Assembly (NCBI RefSeq): GCF_001194135.2
Contig: NC_068994.1
Span: 42,323,468 to 42,387,467 of the forward strand
Direction of reading: 5' to 3'
Length of the DNA: 64,000 nt
Origin: Octopus bimaculoides
Taxonomy: Eukaryota
Within the stretch, counting starts at the first letter, position 1. Each line of letters starts with the position of its first letter. A model generated the notes under the pieces. It had not been told where the DNA came from and ran no database searches. It saw nothing but the letters and a program-made list of their open reading frames with translations. Both the position numbers and the translations under genes were made by a program. Below are positions 37,266 to 51,168 of the stretch, piece after piece.

Positions 37266-38027
37266 CAAATAAATAAAAATACTACGCTCATTATTACATT
37301 TGGAGATAGCATGTAAATATTGTGTTGTAAAACCCTTTGAGACAAAAGTGTCAAAGCTTGCCCATAGAACTTGAACCTACATCTCCTGTAAGACATGACA
37401 ACCTTTCTATCATTGTACCAAAACAATTTTTGATTGTTAATAACAATACTATATCCTTTATTAATTTTTTTACCACGTTAATACCTCTATTAATAGTCAT
37501 TGAACTATGAACATGTTGGTCGTTTAAATGGTTTTGTTTGTTGCTGAAGAATGGGGTATTCCACTATTCAAACACAATCAAGGGGCCATACATAGTCCAT
37601 GTTCAAAAAATACAATATGTATTGTAATGGCAATGTGATAATCAAATTAAAAACAAAGAAAAATGCTTTATAATAGCTCAATAGTTCTTTGCTGTTGGTG
37701 AATATACAGACTAAAGTTGTTGATCTGTAGTGTTCTGCTATTGGCTTCTGGTTGGATAATTGGATATAGATGTGTATGTGCGTGTGTGTGTATGCATATG
37801 TGTGTGTGTGTGTGTGTGTGTCAGTGTCTGTGTAACTGTCTGTGTAAGCACAAAAGCACAATAGAGATTTTTTTTAATGGGCTTTCAGCATTTGTGTATT
37901 TACATATATCTACTTGAGTGTGTATTTGCCAGTACGTGTGTGTATGTTTGTGTGCATGTGTGTGTTTCTGATTCTACATAAATGAAAATATAATATAAAT
38001 ATATATCAGCATGTATGTGTGTATATG

Positions 38028-38060
<33 letters not shown>

Positions 38061-38070
38061 NNNNNNNNNN

Positions 38071-38109
<39 letters not shown>

Positions 38110-38719
38110 TCACATATATAGATTGATACATATATATTACATATTTACATACATACACACACACACACATATATATGTGTATGTGTGTGTGTATGCTGCA
38201 GTGTGTGCATAAATCATATCTTTATGTATATACATACATGCATACATGTATGTATGTATGTATGGCCTGGCTTTATGACTAATGGTCAAGAAAAGATGTA
38301 TATACATGTGTGTGTGTGTGTGGCTATATAGTGACCAGTTTTTCTTCTACACATGTTATATTGAATATACAACTATATTATACTTGAAACCTATTAATAA
38401 TTTTCTTTCTTTTTTTTTTTATATTTGAAGCAGAGAATAAACTGCTTGCATTGGCTTGTAGCTGTTAGGACACTGCATCCTTAAAAAATTCTGGGCTTCC
38501 CAAGATTTGCTAACCTGACTCCTGACATAGCTGGGCATCCTTTCGTCTATATAGCTTTTTTACCGTTCACTTTTCTGTCTTTTCATGTACTCCACATGCA
38601 CTTTTGGCTTTCATCACTGTCTTTCCTTATTTAATTTAATGATTCTTTCTGTCTCCACTTTTACCATTTTTGATGAGTTGCTGTGTATTTGAGTATTATA
38701 TAGAATAAGCTCAGTTGAT

Positions 38720-38940
38720 CTGGTTGACTCACTAGCACACAAGCAAAAATGTTTAACAGCATTTCTTCTACTTTATGTTCTGCATTCAAATTTCACCAAG
38801 GCTGACTTTGTATTTCATGAATTAAAAAAGAAGATAAAAACCAAGCTGAGGTGAATAAAACAGAAACCAGCTGAGCAGTGGGTCCATGTTATTAACTAGT
38901 AACTTCTCCAAAATTTCAAGCCTTGTGCCTACAGTAGAAA
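38720..38940 (+). mobile_element. SINE family B, degenerate
   Basis: GTTCTGCATTCAAATTTCACCAAGGCTGACTTTG and tail CCAAAATTTCAAGCCTTGTGCCTACAGTAGAAAG. Confidence 0.65.
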
Positions 38941-38950
38941 GAAAATTAAT

Positions 38951-39727
38951 AGGAGTGGCTGTGTAAGTAGCTTGCTTACCAACCACATGGTTCCGGGTTC
39001 AGTCCCACTGTGTAGCACCTTGGGCAAATGTCTTCTACTATAGCCTTAAGCAAACCAAAGCCTTGTGGGTAGATTTGGTAGACAGAAACTGAAAAAAGCC
39101 TGTCATATATTAGTATGCTCCGCTGGATGTGTAATGTCAGTGTGCCTACACAACAGAGTGTAAGTGACCTGAGAGAAAAGTGGGACATAAGAAGTATCAG
39201 ATGTGGTATGGTCAAGTGTTGTGTATGGATGAGGACAGCTGTGTGAAAGGTATCACACCCTAGCAGTAGAGGGAACCTGTGGAAGAAGTAGGCTCAGGAA
39301 GATCTGGGATAAGGTGGTGAAACCTGACTTTCAAATGCTGGGTCTCATGGAGGTGATGACATGTTACTGAGCCCTTTGGAGATATGCTGTGCTTGAGAAG
39401 ATCCAGCAAGCCAAGTGAGACCATCTGGCTTGCCAGTCCTCAGTCAAACCATCCAACCCATGCCAGCATGGAAAGTGGACGTTAAACGACGATGGTGATG
39501 ATGATGACATATGTATATGTTTGTGTGTCTATATTTGTCCCCCTACCATCGTTTGACAACCGATGTTGGTGCGTTTATGTCCTCGTAAACTTAGAGGTTC
39601 AGCAAAAGGGACTGATAGAATAAGTACTAGGCTTACAAAGAATAAGGCCTGGTGTCGATTTGTTCAACTAATGGCGGTGCTCCAGCATGGCTGCAGTCAA
39701 ATGACAGAAACGAATAAAGGAAAAGAA
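38951..39727 (+). mobile_element. SINE family A interrupted by an RTE insertion
   Basis: Head at 38951-39110; tail resumes at ~39508-39727 after the RTE piece. Confidence 0.8.
39115..39507 (+). mobile_element. RTE LINE 3' end: ORF2 C-terminus, short 3' UTR, (GAT)n
   Basis: MLRWMCNVSVPTQQSVSDLREKWDIRSIRCG...MDEDSCVK...VEGTCGRSRLRKIWDKVVK...LWRYAVLEKIQQAK*, then GCCAGTCCTCAGTCAAACCATCCAACCCATGCCAGCATGGAAAGTGGACGTTAAACGA(GAT)n. Confidence 0.85.
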
Positions 39728-40084
39728 TGTATGAGTTCCTTATTGTTTGCTAGTTCTTGAATCAACGATTTTCTGGATCCTCATCATCTTATAGTCAGAG
39801 TGCAATAATGTTAGAATGTTTTGTTACTGCTTTCTAGTAAGCAGGATCAGTGGCATCTAATGTATCATTAATATAGAGGAGTGGGAATTAAGATTATCAT
39901 GTCCCCTACAGTCAAAGAGTCCAAGTGTTCTTTGAGATTGTCCTGCTTCCCTGAAAAAAGTTTGAAATTTGATTAATTTTAAAAGCATTTAGAGACCTTG
40001 GGAATTTGGTATTTAAACACATCCTAAATATTTGATATTTAGTATTAAAATAACTAATAATAAGTCATTTTTCTAATTATTGGC

Positions 40085-40298
40085 TTTTAACTTTGACAAA
40101 AGGCCAACAATTTCAGGATGAGGATGTGAATCAATAACATCAACCCCAGTACTCACCTTGTGCTTATTTCAGCGATCCCAAAAGCATGAAAGGCAAAGTT
40201 GACCATGGTGGAATTTGAACTCAGAATGTAAAGGCGGACAAAATGCCCAGAAGCATTTTGACTGGTATGCTAATGATTCTGCCAGCTCACTGCTTAGC
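40085..40298 (-). mobile_element. SINE family B
   Basis: GCATGAAAGGCAAAGTTGACC...GAATTTGAACTCAGAATGT...TTCTGCCAGCTCAC. Confidence 0.8.
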
Positions 40299-41019
40299 GG
40301 CATTTACTAATTATTGACCATTAATTATATCTCAGCCATAAGCTGAAGTTAATTGCAAACTTCTTGCTAAATTTAAATCATCCAATTAATATGTATTTTT
40401 TAATGTAACCCTGAACACTAATTTTAGGTTTGCATAAAGCAATTATACTGCACCATTATCCTCTAATGAGTCTGATAACTATGAATACTTTTACTTTCTA
40501 AGCATATCTTAAGGATTATCACCAGTTAAGTGTGATAAAACATTTAAACATTATACTTACCCTTTGCCTATCTTGTGTATCACATATGATACACAGGACA
40601 TATTTCTTTGTAGTCCATGATTCATATATAATACACATATATAATACAACTTTTTTCACCTACCAGAGTTACTTGGGACTTATAAAAAGAAAGCATTATA
40701 TCAATCAAAACATATGAAACAAGGGCTAATGAAAAGTCTGAAAATAAGCATGTACATGAAATGCTTTAGACATGCAAAGGGTATAAAATGCATCTAAATA
40801 AACATCTAGTAAGTACCTACAGATAGTCTTGTACCTAGAACCATGGCTCTTTGCATAATGCATCATCGTTAAACGTAAACTTATAAACCTAAGCTTTTCT
40901 TAAGATTTTAATCATAATTTTCCAGTAATGTTGGGTTTAACATACCTGAATCTTATTTTATAAATTTAAGGTTACATACAATGGTGAGACAGTATTATAA
41001 TAATATATAAAATCTCTTG

Positions 41020-41230
41020 AAGGGGGTAAGCTGGCAGAAGTGTTAGCATGCTGTACAAAATGCTTAATGTCGTTTCATCTGCATTGACATTTTGAGTTCA
41101 AATTCTGCCATGGTTGACTTTTCCTTTTAGAGTTGATAAAATAAGCATTAGTTGAGTATTGAGTTTGATGTAATCGACTTACTCCTTCCTCTGAAATTGT
41201 TGGCCTTGTGCCAAAATTTGAAACAAATAT
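41020..41230 (+). mobile_element. SINE family B
   Basis: GGTAAGCTGGCAGAAGTGTTAGCATG head, GAGTTCAAATTCTGCC, GGCCTTGTGCC tail. Confidence 0.8.
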
Positions 41231-43091
41231 TAAAATCACTTTTATATCCTCTTGGAAATACATTTGCTGCAAACAAAACTGGAGTTGGTATTTTATACAA
41301 GAGATAAAATTCACACTAACACCAGTGTCCTATAGATCAATTATAAGGGATCTGTTTACTTTTGATATATTGCAACTAAACAATAATATAATTATGTCTT
41401 AATTCAATCTGGATTATGAAGGTTTAAAATTATTTACAAAAACTCAAAGTGAAATGAGTAAAGTAAACTAAAATAAATATGATTTTAACAAAACATTATA
41501 TAAACTGATATTTATTCAATAGGGTTGGAATTTACAAACTTTGAATTAAAATTGGTATATAAAAAATATCACAATAAAACAACTGCTGTTTAATACAGGA
41601 ATATTGAATGAGTTAGTAAAAGATAGTATGACATGCCAACAACTTTCTGATTCTGGAATTTAAATGAAAAGAGCTGCAGTATGTAATTGATGATAAATAT
41701 AACACTCAAGAGCAGAGTGCTCCATGGGTTTTCCTGGGTTTAGGCTGGAGAGTTAGTTCTTACAAGTTCTTGTGAGTAAAGTTCATAAAAATACTGTATA
41801 AAAATAGAGGAACTGTAAAAGAAAAACATACATGCTTTATCACTACCAGTTTTTGTTCTATTTTTTCTTCCACTTTACAAGAATTCTTATGGAACAAAAA
41901 TTACAAACATCTTGGGCTTTGACCAAATTCATCAATCACTTTTCAAATAACTCTACATTCATTCTTAAAGTCCTTTTCCTCGATGAACACTCCATTATGC
42001 ACACTCCATAAAAACATTTATCTTGTATTGTTTCTTCTTGTGCAGTCATAGTATTCATGGCACAAGTATAATTACATGTAAAATGAGAGCATTATTATGA
42101 ATTGCAACTTGATCTAAAATTATGGGTTCATGACTTTAGTATCATCGTCAAAACAGTGCTGGGAAAATATTTTATGATGGAAGGCTAAATTACATCGTAG
42201 TTAACTACCATCTAACAAGGTTGCTTTAAAAGAAATACTTTATTCTGTTAAGCCTCAGTTATTCTATAAAATATAATGATTCATTAAATTGTCAACAAAA
42301 TATAAACAAATTTTAAGTTACCCTAAATTTTTGGACAAGAAAACTTTTTCATGACAGAGAATGCTTAAATATATGTCCAAAGTTATTGCTGGAAAGACAT
42401 GTCATAAATTATAAAGTGTACAGGCAACAGTTCATATTTACATATATGAAATATACTTTTATGTGTAGAGAAATAAATTAAAATGGTTCTGTCTAAAATG
42501 CTTAATTATTTGAAAAGAGAGGCTTTAAATAAAATTAGCCTTCAAAAAATATATTCCAATAATATTATTCCTCTTGAAGCTTATTGCTTTTAGCAAACCA
42601 CAGGTTCCCTACTCCCATTCTAAAATCATGGCAATGTAACAATAACTTAATCTAAAATCAGAGTCTGTGTGACACGAATGCCATTATCAGTCAAAACAGA
42701 CCTTTTTCAAGAAGTTGGCCACATATGGCATGGCTCAGCATCAGGTGGGCCTCATGAGAAATGGCTCATTATCAGGCAGGCTGTACTTCTATATAAATTC
42801 AAGGAAATTTTTTTCATTTGGGTATGTCGTTCAGAAATCCACAGAGCACATACAGTTTGTTCATGACTGATTCTAAACCCATGGTACCGTAAAAATAGCT
42901 GAATATAAAATCTGATTTCACATGGTTTCTATGTTTGGATGCCCTTCCTAATGCCAGTCACTCCACAGTGTAGACTAGGGAGGTCAGTCACTCTGCAGTT
43001 TGCAGAACTACAAGGCCTGTACATGTGTGTGTGTCTATATATATATATATATATGCATATATAAGTTTATATGTATAAGTTGTATACATAA

Positions 43092-43137
<46 letters not shown>

Positions 43138-43151
43138 TTTATTATTATTGT

Positions 43152-43183
<32 letters not shown>

Positions 43184-43189
43184 TGTATA

Positions 43190-43405
43190 AAGGTGGAGAG
43201 CTGGCAGAATCATTAGCATGTCAAGCAAGATGCTTAGTGGCATTACGTTCATTCTTACATTCTGAGTTCAAATCCTGCTGAGGTCAGCTTCGCCGTTCAT
43301 TCTCTTAGGGTTGATAATATAAGTACCAGTTGAGCACTGCAATCATTGTAATCGACTTATCCTCTCCCATGAACTTTCTGGCTTTGTATCAAAATTTGAA
43401 ATCAT
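43190..43405 (+). mobile_element. SINE family B
   Basis: GGAGAGCTGGCAGAATCATTAGCATG head, CTGAGTTCAAATCC, TAAGTACCAG. Confidence 0.8.
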
Positions 43406-43412
43406 TATTATA

Positions 43413-43443
<31 letters not shown>

Positions 43444-43699
43444 CTGTGTAATTATATGTATGTATATATATTGTATGCATATATATTATTATATGTATAT
43501 ATAATGTCATGTTCATGTCCTGATATATATTAAACTGCATCCAGTGGTGAGGCTCCAGTTCAGAAGTTTGAGAGTTGTGAGGAGCGTAGAATCACTCCTT
43601 AATTACCATAACTCCCACGTTCATTCTGACCCAGAACGGTTGTACCTGTGAGGGTCCCATCTATGGTTTAAAAAAGAGTTTTGTAAGGGTAGAGTGAGT

Positions 43700-43835
43700 T
43701 CTTTCACTTCCAGTCACAAAGCTATGGACAACTCACAGCTACAGTGGAAGACACTTGCCTAAGGTACCATGTAGTGGTAATGAACCTGAAACCATGAGGT
43801 TGGGAAGCAAACTTAGCCACACAGCCACACCATGG
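43700..43835 (-). mobile_element. SINE family A, 5' part
   Basis: GAAGACACTTGCCTAAGG...AACTTAGCCACACAGCCACACC. Confidence 0.7.
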
Positions 43836-44222
43836 CAGAGTTATTAGACTATTGCTTAGAAGGCCTTGTACTTTTTGTTCTGCCTCTGTCTGCTCACAGC
43901 TCCAATCCTGCTGTGGCCAACTTTGTCTTTCCTCATTCCAGGTCACTAAATACACAACTAGTCAGGTACTAGAATTCTTTCTTACTTTCTTTTCCTTCAC
44001 ACTTTCTCTTTGATTGAGCTGCACTGAGATAAAGATTATGGCAGAATCTCACAATGCTTCTTTCTCCAGAAATAGAGAAGCGTTTAGGATGGGGCTATAA
44101 ACCACTTCTTAAAGAAAGAAAGCTATGCTACAGAATTCATCCAAGGAGAGCTTGGTGTGCAGCACAGCATGGAATGACAATGAATAAATAAATGTGCATG
44201 TGTATGTGCATGTGCGTGAGTG

Positions 44223-44258
<36 letters not shown>

Positions 44259-46403
44259 AATATGTGTGTGTGTGTGATGTTTACTTTTTATCAATAATTC
44301 AATAATACCTTTGTGAACATCACTACCCTCATTAATGTGCTATTGAAATCAATAGCTCTAATTACCCATCAACAGAGACATCTGATTATGAAAATCAACA
44401 ATTGACTTTATTGCATTTGCATGAGATATTATGTAGTTGTGGATGGAGAGGATGTACACATGAGTGTGAGTTTTGATGGATGTGTGTATATCTGTGTGAG
44501 TATATATGTGTATGTATGTGACTGTATGTGAGTTTATGCATGTTAGAGCTTGTGTATATATGTGTACAGGCAAATAGGAAGTAAAGAAACTTCTATTGTT
44601 ACTGTTCACTAATACAGAGAAACCATTGACCATATAAGATGTATAGATATATGAAGAATAAACTCAGCACAAAGAATCTAATAAAAGAAGACTTAGAACA
44701 CTGAATCAAAAGTTTGGACTATCTATTTACTTAATTGACTACGAGAGCAAACAATATCTGAGTTATGAAAATCCCCAATAATTAGCCTTTTCTAATGATA
44801 TTACAGTAGCTCATCTTACTGCCCTTCTCTGAAGCAGCTTAAAGGATGAACTGAAATAAACTTTCAAATTCTTAATTTTTATTGTTTTCAGTCTGCCGAA
44901 TTGAAAATGATTACCATCCAAAAGTTAGTGCAACCCTTTTCTCTCTCCAGTGGTCATGTCATCAGTGTTTCACTAGATCAAGGGTGGAATGTCAAGAGGA
45001 TGCTTAAGTCTGCTTGTGATTACATATTCCCCTCAAACAATTAGGAAAAACATGACAAAGGCTGACAGGTCATATTTGCTTGTGAGTGACAGATTTGGTT
45101 TAATAGTCAGGCATCAATTTCCACCATCAAAAAGGCTACACTTTGTGGAATTCAGTTTCAGAATTGTGTGACAAGTAATGCACCTTTTGAAATATTGCTC
45201 CTGGTTCTCAGTTTAAATGTTTGGATGCTTTTATTTCAGGCATAGAATATATGATGGTAGTGTAATATTATGAGAGACATTCTGGGTCTCACATGATGTC
45301 ATTGTTTCAGTAGACATAGACAATTGGATTAGAGGTTCCACAGGCTGATAAAGTGCTGCACTAGCTGCCATCTAATATCTGTGACATAAACGAGAACAGA
45401 TATGCTGTGTGATGCAAAAGTTGCATTTTCTTATTGATTTGGTTTTGAAGTATTGACTTCTGATTTGAATATTTCAGATATAGCTTTACATGACTAGTTG
45501 AATGGCATATTTCAATGTTTGTGTAAGTGCAACTAACAGAATTTTGATAGCCTATGTTGTAATGAGAACTTTTCCTATTAAAACAGCAGTTTTAACTGAA
45601 TTTTAGACAGTTCCTGTTAAAATGTTTCCTACAGTAGTTGGGGAAATGAGAACCATTTATCTTGGAAAGTTTTAATGATGTTTGAGTTGAACATTTAAGA
45701 AGTAGAAGAGTGAGAACAATGCACTGTAATGGGGCTATTTTAAATGTGAAAAGATAATGATGAGGTCGGAAAGTAATTTCATTTTGAGATTTAGTGTTTG
45801 ATAAGCTTCAAATGTAAAATCATAAATCTTAACTTTTCACAATATGCTGTTTCTGTGACAAGTACCCACCCACATAAGTTTCTTTTAAGATTTACATGGC
45901 CATTATAGACTCTACAATCAGATACCAGTCTTTTAATTCAATTTAGTGTTTTTATTCAACCTTGTTTTATTCAAACCTTATGCACTGCATCTATATCTCA
46001 AGACCACCTATTTTTACCTGGCTTCCACAATCTAACTCCTTGACTTTTCTGCAGAGTTTTTGGACAACTGTTTCCTTGTGAACTGAGACTTCCTAAATAT
46101 TTTGGGGGCCTGAACATAGTATAATACCTTTGAATTATTGCATTTCATTTCTATGTGCCTTTTTACTAATTTATTTTATTATATAGTTTCCCCTTCTTTC
46201 AATTTCCCCACCACCATCACCACATACCTATTTTCACTTCATCATCATGTGTCTGTATTTGTATTCATGTTTGTGTATTTAAAACCACACCACTTGTTAA
46301 AAAAAAAACTACCTGTATTGTATCAAAATAAAGTAACTTAACCATTCGAAATATTTAAAAACTGATAAAATGAATACCTGACTGAAATTTGTATTAGTGC
46401 TAA

Positions 46404-46680
46404 TCATCATCATCATCATCATTTAACGCCCATTGTCCATGCTGGCATGGTTTGGACAGTTTGACCAGGGCTGGCAAGCTGGAAGGCTGCTCCAGACCCC
46501 AGTCTGATTTGGCATGGTTTTCTATGACTGGAAGCCCTTCCTAACACCAACCACTCTGAGAGTGTAATGGGTGCTTTTACGTGCCACCAGCATGGGTGCC
46601 ATTTGTGCGACACTAGTATCTGCCATGACTGTGATTTTGCTCGGCTTGATGGGTCTTCTTCTCAAGCACGACAAAATGCT
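46404..46680 (-). mobile_element. RTE LINE 3' end including the last ORF2 codons
   Basis: (CAT)n tail; the far end reads GTGCTTGAGAAGAAGACCCATCAAGCCGAG on the minus strand, matching the VLEK..QAK terminus at ~39390. Confidence 0.8.
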
Positions 46681-47408
46681 AATATGATCAACTAAAATCA
46701 TTTGATGTAGTGTCCCAGCATGGCCACAATCCAATGGCTGAAAGCAAAAGATGAATACTTCCTAAAATATGCACAATATTGTATATTTTTTTTTCTTTTC
46801 TTCAGAATGTACATCAATAATAATGACATAGAATGACACTGCAATATTTTGTGTAACTAAGTATGCAATACAAAAGTTGTAGGTTCATACTATTTTTCCT
46901 TTTTTTAATTTGCTATTTTTCAAACAAGAAATATTTGCTTTATAATTTTATTCTCTCCTTTACTGTTTCAATCCAACACCATTCCATTGCTCTGTGACTG
47001 ATACCTTTCCTTTGATGTTTCAAGCAGATTCACTTACCTTGCCATTTCAAGAAGATGCCTAACTTCAAAAGAACCTTGTGAAGATATATATGTAAATGAT
47101 GGCAACGGATTTCATTCAAAATCATGTGTTGCAACATATTTGTATGTGTGTGTATTTATATTTATATAGAATATATATACACCCTTAGATATATGTATTC
47201 ATAAACACATATATACACATACACTCACATTTGCAAACACACACACACAACTCACACACATATATATATATATATTGGCGGTATGATATTAGCCATTTAT
47301 TATATAATCTTGAGAGATGCTTCCTCTAGACATACACCCAACTACATATGCCATGTTACTGGCAATAGATTTCAGTGAAAATTATGTGTTGCAACAGATA
47401 TTATATAT

Positions 47409-47449
<41 letters not shown>

Positions 47450-47469
47450 TTGCTGTACATGTAGATAAC

Positions 47470-47640
47470 ATCCATTTCCTATGCTTGATGGATTGAGTAG
47501 TTTGTCAGGATAAGAGAAGCTGCAAAGCCATGACAAGCTCCACTATCAGCCTTGACATGGTTTCAATGGCTGGGTGCCCTTCCTAATGCCAACCATTAGA
47601 CAGTGTGTACCAGGTGCTTTTTTCATGCGACACGCAGTAA
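47470..47640 (-). mobile_element. Degenerate RTE 3' UTR
   Basis: GGCTGGGTGCCCTTCCTAATGCCAACC motif. Confidence 0.55.
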
Positions 47641-47964
47641 TGAGGTTACCAAGTAATTTACAAGACAGGGGGGTGTGAACTAAGAAAATGCTCCCATCAG
47701 CAAAGACCAGGAGTATTTGTAGGTGTTGATTGCTTTAGACAAGCATAAGATTCTTGCTATAGTGGAGATACTTGGTTATCACGCATTATACAAGTGTAAT
47801 TAGGATTGAATTTGATAAAGATGAGAGTGATGCAGTGTCAGAGCAAACTCTCAATGTACAAGAAGATGAGTACAGGTGAGGATACAGACAGTGGGTCAGG
47901 TGAGGGAAGGAGGGAGGGAGTTCTTTCCCAAGTGTGTTAGGGAAGAGTAACTGAAGGTTAGAGA

Positions 47965-48477
47965 TGGGAGGTGTGTTCAGGTAGAAGATCTGTTGTATAG
48001 TGAACGTTACGCAGAGGCCTCTGAGAAGGAACCTAAATTCAAGTAATGGGAGCAGAAGACGGAAGATTGATGAGAAATATCTGTATGGAGAGGAGGTAAG
48101 GTGGGAAATAGAAGTGGCTACACGAACACACACGTGTGTGTGTAGGGGGTGTACAAAGTGTGTCAGATTTTTGTGGTCATTTACATGAATTTAGATAAAG
48201 ATGCATAACCTGGTCAGTCATGTGATCACATGATGTATGTGTGTGTATGAGTGTATGTGTATGTGTGTATATGTATGTGCATAAGGGAAATCTAAGTTAA
48301 TTAAATCAAATCAAATTCAAATCAAATTATGAAGAAAGGTACAAACTATTTATGTGCATCGATTCAAAATGAATTTGAAAAACTGAAGCTGGTCTGGGAG
48401 GTGTGTTCAGGTAAAAGATCTGTTGTATAGTGAATGTTACGCAGAGGCCTCTGAGAAGGAACCTGATTTCAAGTAAT
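47965..48477. repeat. 83-bp direct repeat pair (47965-48047 and 48395-48477)
   Basis: TGGGAGGTGTGTTCAGGTA.AAGATCTG...TTCAAGTAAT, 4 mismatches. Confidence 0.9.
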
Positions 48478-48911
48478 ATTGGCAGTTCCACTTTTTTCTC
48501 TCTCTCCTATAGGTAGATGTTGTATCAAAATATTTCATTGTATATGCAAATATCTTCAACACATCTCAGTTCAATATCACAGTGTTTCTTAGATGCCTAC
48601 AGTGCAAGAAATATAATGGAAAAAACACTGCACATAATCATTAAAATTATGTCGATAGTATGAATTTTTTTTTTACTGCTTGTTTCATAAATGTTTTAGT
48701 ATTTCAAATTTACTAAAGTACACACAAACTCATAGACACACGCACACACACACACACACAAAGGAAATGCACACACGTGTATGTATATATGTATATATAT
48801 GTATCTACATATGCATATAAATATCCTATATATAAGCATATATATATATGTATATATATGCCTATATTAAATAGACAAGATCATATGTATATGTATATAT
48901 GTGTATGGTTG

Positions 48912-48980
<69 letters not shown>

Positions 48981-49089
48981 GCATACATATATATATATAT
49001 ACATATAGATATGTATGTATATATATATATGTATATGCATATATATATATATTAGATACACACCTACACACATGCACACACACATACAT

Positions 49090-49130
<41 letters not shown>

Positions 49131-49187
49131 TATTGACATATATATACATAGACATATGAATGTGTGTCTGTATTTATATATATATAT

Positions 49188-49275
<88 letters not shown>

Positions 49276-50145
49276 GATATTTTGTCTATCTAATAATTTC
49301 TATTTGATGGTATCAGAATAAGAGAGTAAAATATACATAACCATCAAGTTAAACATTGGGAAATATATCAGTGTTTATTTTCTTGTAGCTCAGCCAATCG
49401 CTAACAGAACGTTCTAATCAAACACTTACACTGACTTTCAGAGATATTTATAAAGACATTAATAAGTGATGCTAGACTGATTGTTTTCACATTTAACACA
49501 TGAATGTAAATAACAAAACCAGTGTTCCAAAATGTTCAAAGAAATTTTGTTTACATAAAAAGAACAAAACTAGAGAATGAAGACAATTAGAAGACTTGTC
49601 TTTACTTCGATCAAGCTGGATACCTATGTTATATGCTAATTTCTTTGCACGTGAGGTAAAATATAATTTCGTTTATAAATAATGTTTAAGTAATGTACTT
49701 AGAAATAGCATTTTAATATTTATGTGTCCATACTCTGTCTGCCAGCCAGCCTGCCTGCCAGCCTGCCTACCTGTCTGTCTGTCTGTCTGTATGTTTGTTT
49801 GTGTGGATGTACAGAGTATGGCCAGGCATCTTTTATTTTCTAATGACGGTGACCATGCTGGGGTGCCACCTGTACGAATTTTAGTCAAACGGATTGACCC
49901 CAGTAATCATTCTATGTTTTTATGCCTGGTACTTCTATCAGTCTGTTTTGCTGGACTGCTAATTTATGGAGAGGTAAACTCGAAATGTAGAAGACTTTCT
50001 CACTTCCCAAGCATTAAACTAATACATCTGTTTGTTGTATAGATTCATGCAGACATATATACATACTTGCATACATGCATACATACACACACATGTATGT
50101 ATGTATGTATGTATGTATGTATGTATCTATCTATCTATCTATCGT

Positions 50146-50268
50146 GGAGGCGCAATGGCCCAGTGGTTAGGGCAGCAGACTCGCGGTCATAGGATCATGG
50201 TTTCGATTCCCAGACCAGGCATTGTGAGTGTTTATTGAGCGAAAACACCTAAAGCTCCATGAGGCTCC
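50146..50268 (+). mobile_element. tRNA-derived SINE, family E (5' part, runs into a gap)
   Basis: A box TGGCCCAGTGG (50156-50166), B box GGTTTCGATTCC (50199-50210); the downstream sequence is not a tRNA 3' acceptor stem. Confidence 0.7.
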
Positions 50269-50876
50269 NNNNNNNNNNNNNNNNNNNNNNNNNNNNNNNN
50301 NNNNNNNNNNNNNNNNNNNNNNNNNNNNNNNNNNNNNNNNNNNNNNNNNNNNNNNNNNNNNNNNNNNNNNNNNNNNNNNNNNNNNNNNNNNNNNNNNNNN
50401 NNNNNNNNNNNNNNNNNNNNNNNNNNNNNNNNNNNNNNNNNNNNNNNNNNNNNNNNNNNNNNNNNNNNNNNNNNNNNNNNNNNNNNNNNNNNNNNNNNNN
50501 NNNNNNNNNNNNNNNNNNNNNNNNNNNNNNNNNNNNNNNNNNNNNNNNNNNNNNNNNNNNNNNNNNNNNNNNNNNNNNNNNNNNNNNNNNNNNNNNNNNN
50601 NNNNNNNNNNNNNNNNNNNNNNNNNNNNNNNNNNNNNNNNNNNNNNNNNNNNNNNNNNNNNNNNNNNNNNNNNNNNNNNNNNNNNNNNNNNNNNNNNNNN
50701 NNNNNNNNNNNNNNNNNNNNNNNNNNNNNNNNNNNNNNNNNNNNNNNNNNNNNNNNNNNNNNNNNNNNNNNNNNNNNNNNNNNNNNNNNNNNNNNNNNNN
50801 NNNNNNNNNNNNNNNNNNNNNNNNNNNNNNNNNNNNNNNNNNNNNNNNNNNNNNNNNNNNNNNNNNNNNNNNNNNN

Positions 50877-51168
50877 CTCCTGTAGGATTTTCGAGCGAGA
50901 TCGTTGCCAGTGCCCTTGGACTGGCTTGTGCGGGTGGCACATAAAAGACACCATTTCGACCGTGGCCGTTTTCGTGCGGGTGACACGTAAAAGCACCCAC
51001 TACACTCTCTGAGTGGTTGGCGTTAGGAAGGGCATCCAGCTGTAGAAACTCTGCCAAATCAGACTGGAGCCTGGTGTTGCCATCCGGTTTCACCAGTCCT
51101 CAGTCAAATCGTCCAACCTATGCTAGCATGGAAAGCGGACGTTAAACGATGATGATGATGATGATGAT
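50877..51168 (+). mobile_element. Young RTE LINE 3' end
   Basis: Nearly identical to 30297-30526; (GAT)n tail; 5' end lost in the gap. Confidence 0.85.

Noticed and set aside
44950-45070. Acceptor followed by GHVISVSLDQGWNVKRMLKSACDYIFPSNN* or WSCHQC
   Set aside because: Resemblance to Ubl or RanBP2 zinc-finger motifs is superficial and the frames end quickly.
50146-50220. Genuine tRNA gene
   Set aside because: A and B boxes are present, but there is no acceptor-stem closure and the sequence continues as a SINE-like body.
50167-51093. Long ORFs spanning N-gaps (also at 4.7 kb, 35.7 kb, 54 kb and 59 kb)
   Set aside because: Open only because N codons contain no stops.
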